DNA of 64,000 nucleotides from the human T2T-CHM13v2.0 reference genome, Homo sapiens. The notes below the pieces were generated by a model, which did not search any database, was not told where the DNA came from, and saw nothing but the letters and a program-made list of their open reading frames with translations. A program made the position numbers and the translations under genes. Positions 62,801-64,000 of this stretch are shown here, one piece after another (position 1 is the first letter of the stretch; every line of letters begins with the position of its first letter). The stretch is from assembly GCF_009914755.1 (NCBI RefSeq), contig NC_060946.1; one strand, given 5' to 3'.

Positions 62801-64000
62801 ACTCAGACTCTACTTTTAGGGGAATCTAGGATAAGTCAAAGATTTTACCTGGTCTGAGATTTAGATTTGTCTATACACTTTTTAGACATGTGAGAAATAA
62901 GTATGTTTTGTGTTTTTAAATTGGCCTCCTGCCTGCTGATCAGGGGCTGTGCTCAGAGGATGCTGCACTAAGGGACTGAAAGTCAAGCTTCTGAATTTCC
63001 AGCGAGGTCCAGACCTTTCCTGGCAGGAGGCAGCAGCCCGCCAGCTGCTGTGCCTGGGGTGGGCAGGAGGGTGGCAGAAGCGTCCCAACATGAACCGTTG
63101 CCCAGAGAAGCTGTCAGGGGCTGACTGCAGGACTTGAGAACTTTATCAACATGTCACCAGCCAAAGAGAGAAGGCGGCTATGCCTCTAGCTGAGCTCCTG
63201 TGGTTCTGACCAATGTATCAGGCTACTACTGGTGTGTTCTCAACGCCACTCGGTCATCGAGTGTTTCATTGGGGTGGCTTGCCAGTGACAAGGCACAAAG
63301 CAGCTTTTGCAGAGATAGTAAGAGGAAGCTGGAGAATGGGCTGTCTCCTTGTCTCTAGTGGCCTTGCTGTTTCCCTACTGACTATAGACAGACATGTCAT
63401 AATACGTCTCTGCTCCCCTGGGCTCTGTGCCCTCTGCCAATGCCCACTGATAATCCCTGACGCTGTTTGGATGAGTGCCTCATTTTCTCATCCCTCTGGC
63501 CCCTGCCCAGCCACCTACTGTGTCCTCCTCCTAATAGGGCCCTTGGCCACTTCCCCGGGCTGAAAGCTTGCTCCTTGTGGATTGCCAATGAGACCCGCAG
63601 GCCCAATACTTTTTGCCTTTGACAATCCTTTAGCTCCGTAACAGAAAATCAGCAGTGCCAGCAGGGCATGAAAACAGCCCAGTTTATACATATTTGTCAA
63701 TATCTCAGTTTATGGTTAGGCATATCTGGGCAATTTGGAACAAAATAGAATGGTTACTGACGAGCCCCAGATTGATATTTTGTAATGGTTCTCCATGGCA
63801 GTTCAAGGAACTGTGTGGGGCATTTAAACCTCTTCAACTGTATCTTATCTTGTCCCATAAACACCCACCGTTGAGTCAACTGTGACTCCATGACCATCTC
63901 ACCCCTCTAGCTCCCATGCCTGTATCCCAGCTGGTCCCACTGCAGGAGATGTTCTTCCTACTCCTGTTCCCCTTGTACCTGGTATACTTAGAATCATCTT

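Overview
Human (primate) genomic DNA, very Alu-rich (about 65 Alu pieces by eye). It carries the 5' ~45 kb of ASCC2 (ASC-1 complex subunit 2, a CUE-domain ubiquitin reader) on the minus strand. I reconstructed a non-coding exon 1 in a CpG-island promoter (~45.3-45.8 kb) and 16 coding exons (exons 2-17, 39695 down to 731). They join through GT-AG sites into one open frame of 1919 nt (639 codons plus 2 nt); the 3' exons lie left of the window. The ~18 kb upstream of the promoter is intergenic and made of Alu, MaLR LTR, MER20, L1/L2/MIR relics; I see no gene or RNA gene there. I found no clearly novel biological system. The best signals form a possible layered post-transcriptional control of ASCC2: (1) a U12-type minor intron 12 with a competing U2 donor just past an in-frame stop; (2) a 5'UTR (GGC)8 preceded by a Kozak-context GUG that opens a 68-aa polyGly overlapping uORF, while the polyAla frame is open into the main ORF; (3) a 44-nt poison-exon candidate in intron 5; (4) a perfectly duplicated exon-14 donor 13 nt downstream; (5) UG-rich arrays in the pre-mRNA, including a 5-unit compound VNTR. 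Exon numbering and gene identity come from my recognition of the protein; repeat subfamily calls and repeat boundaries are by eye.
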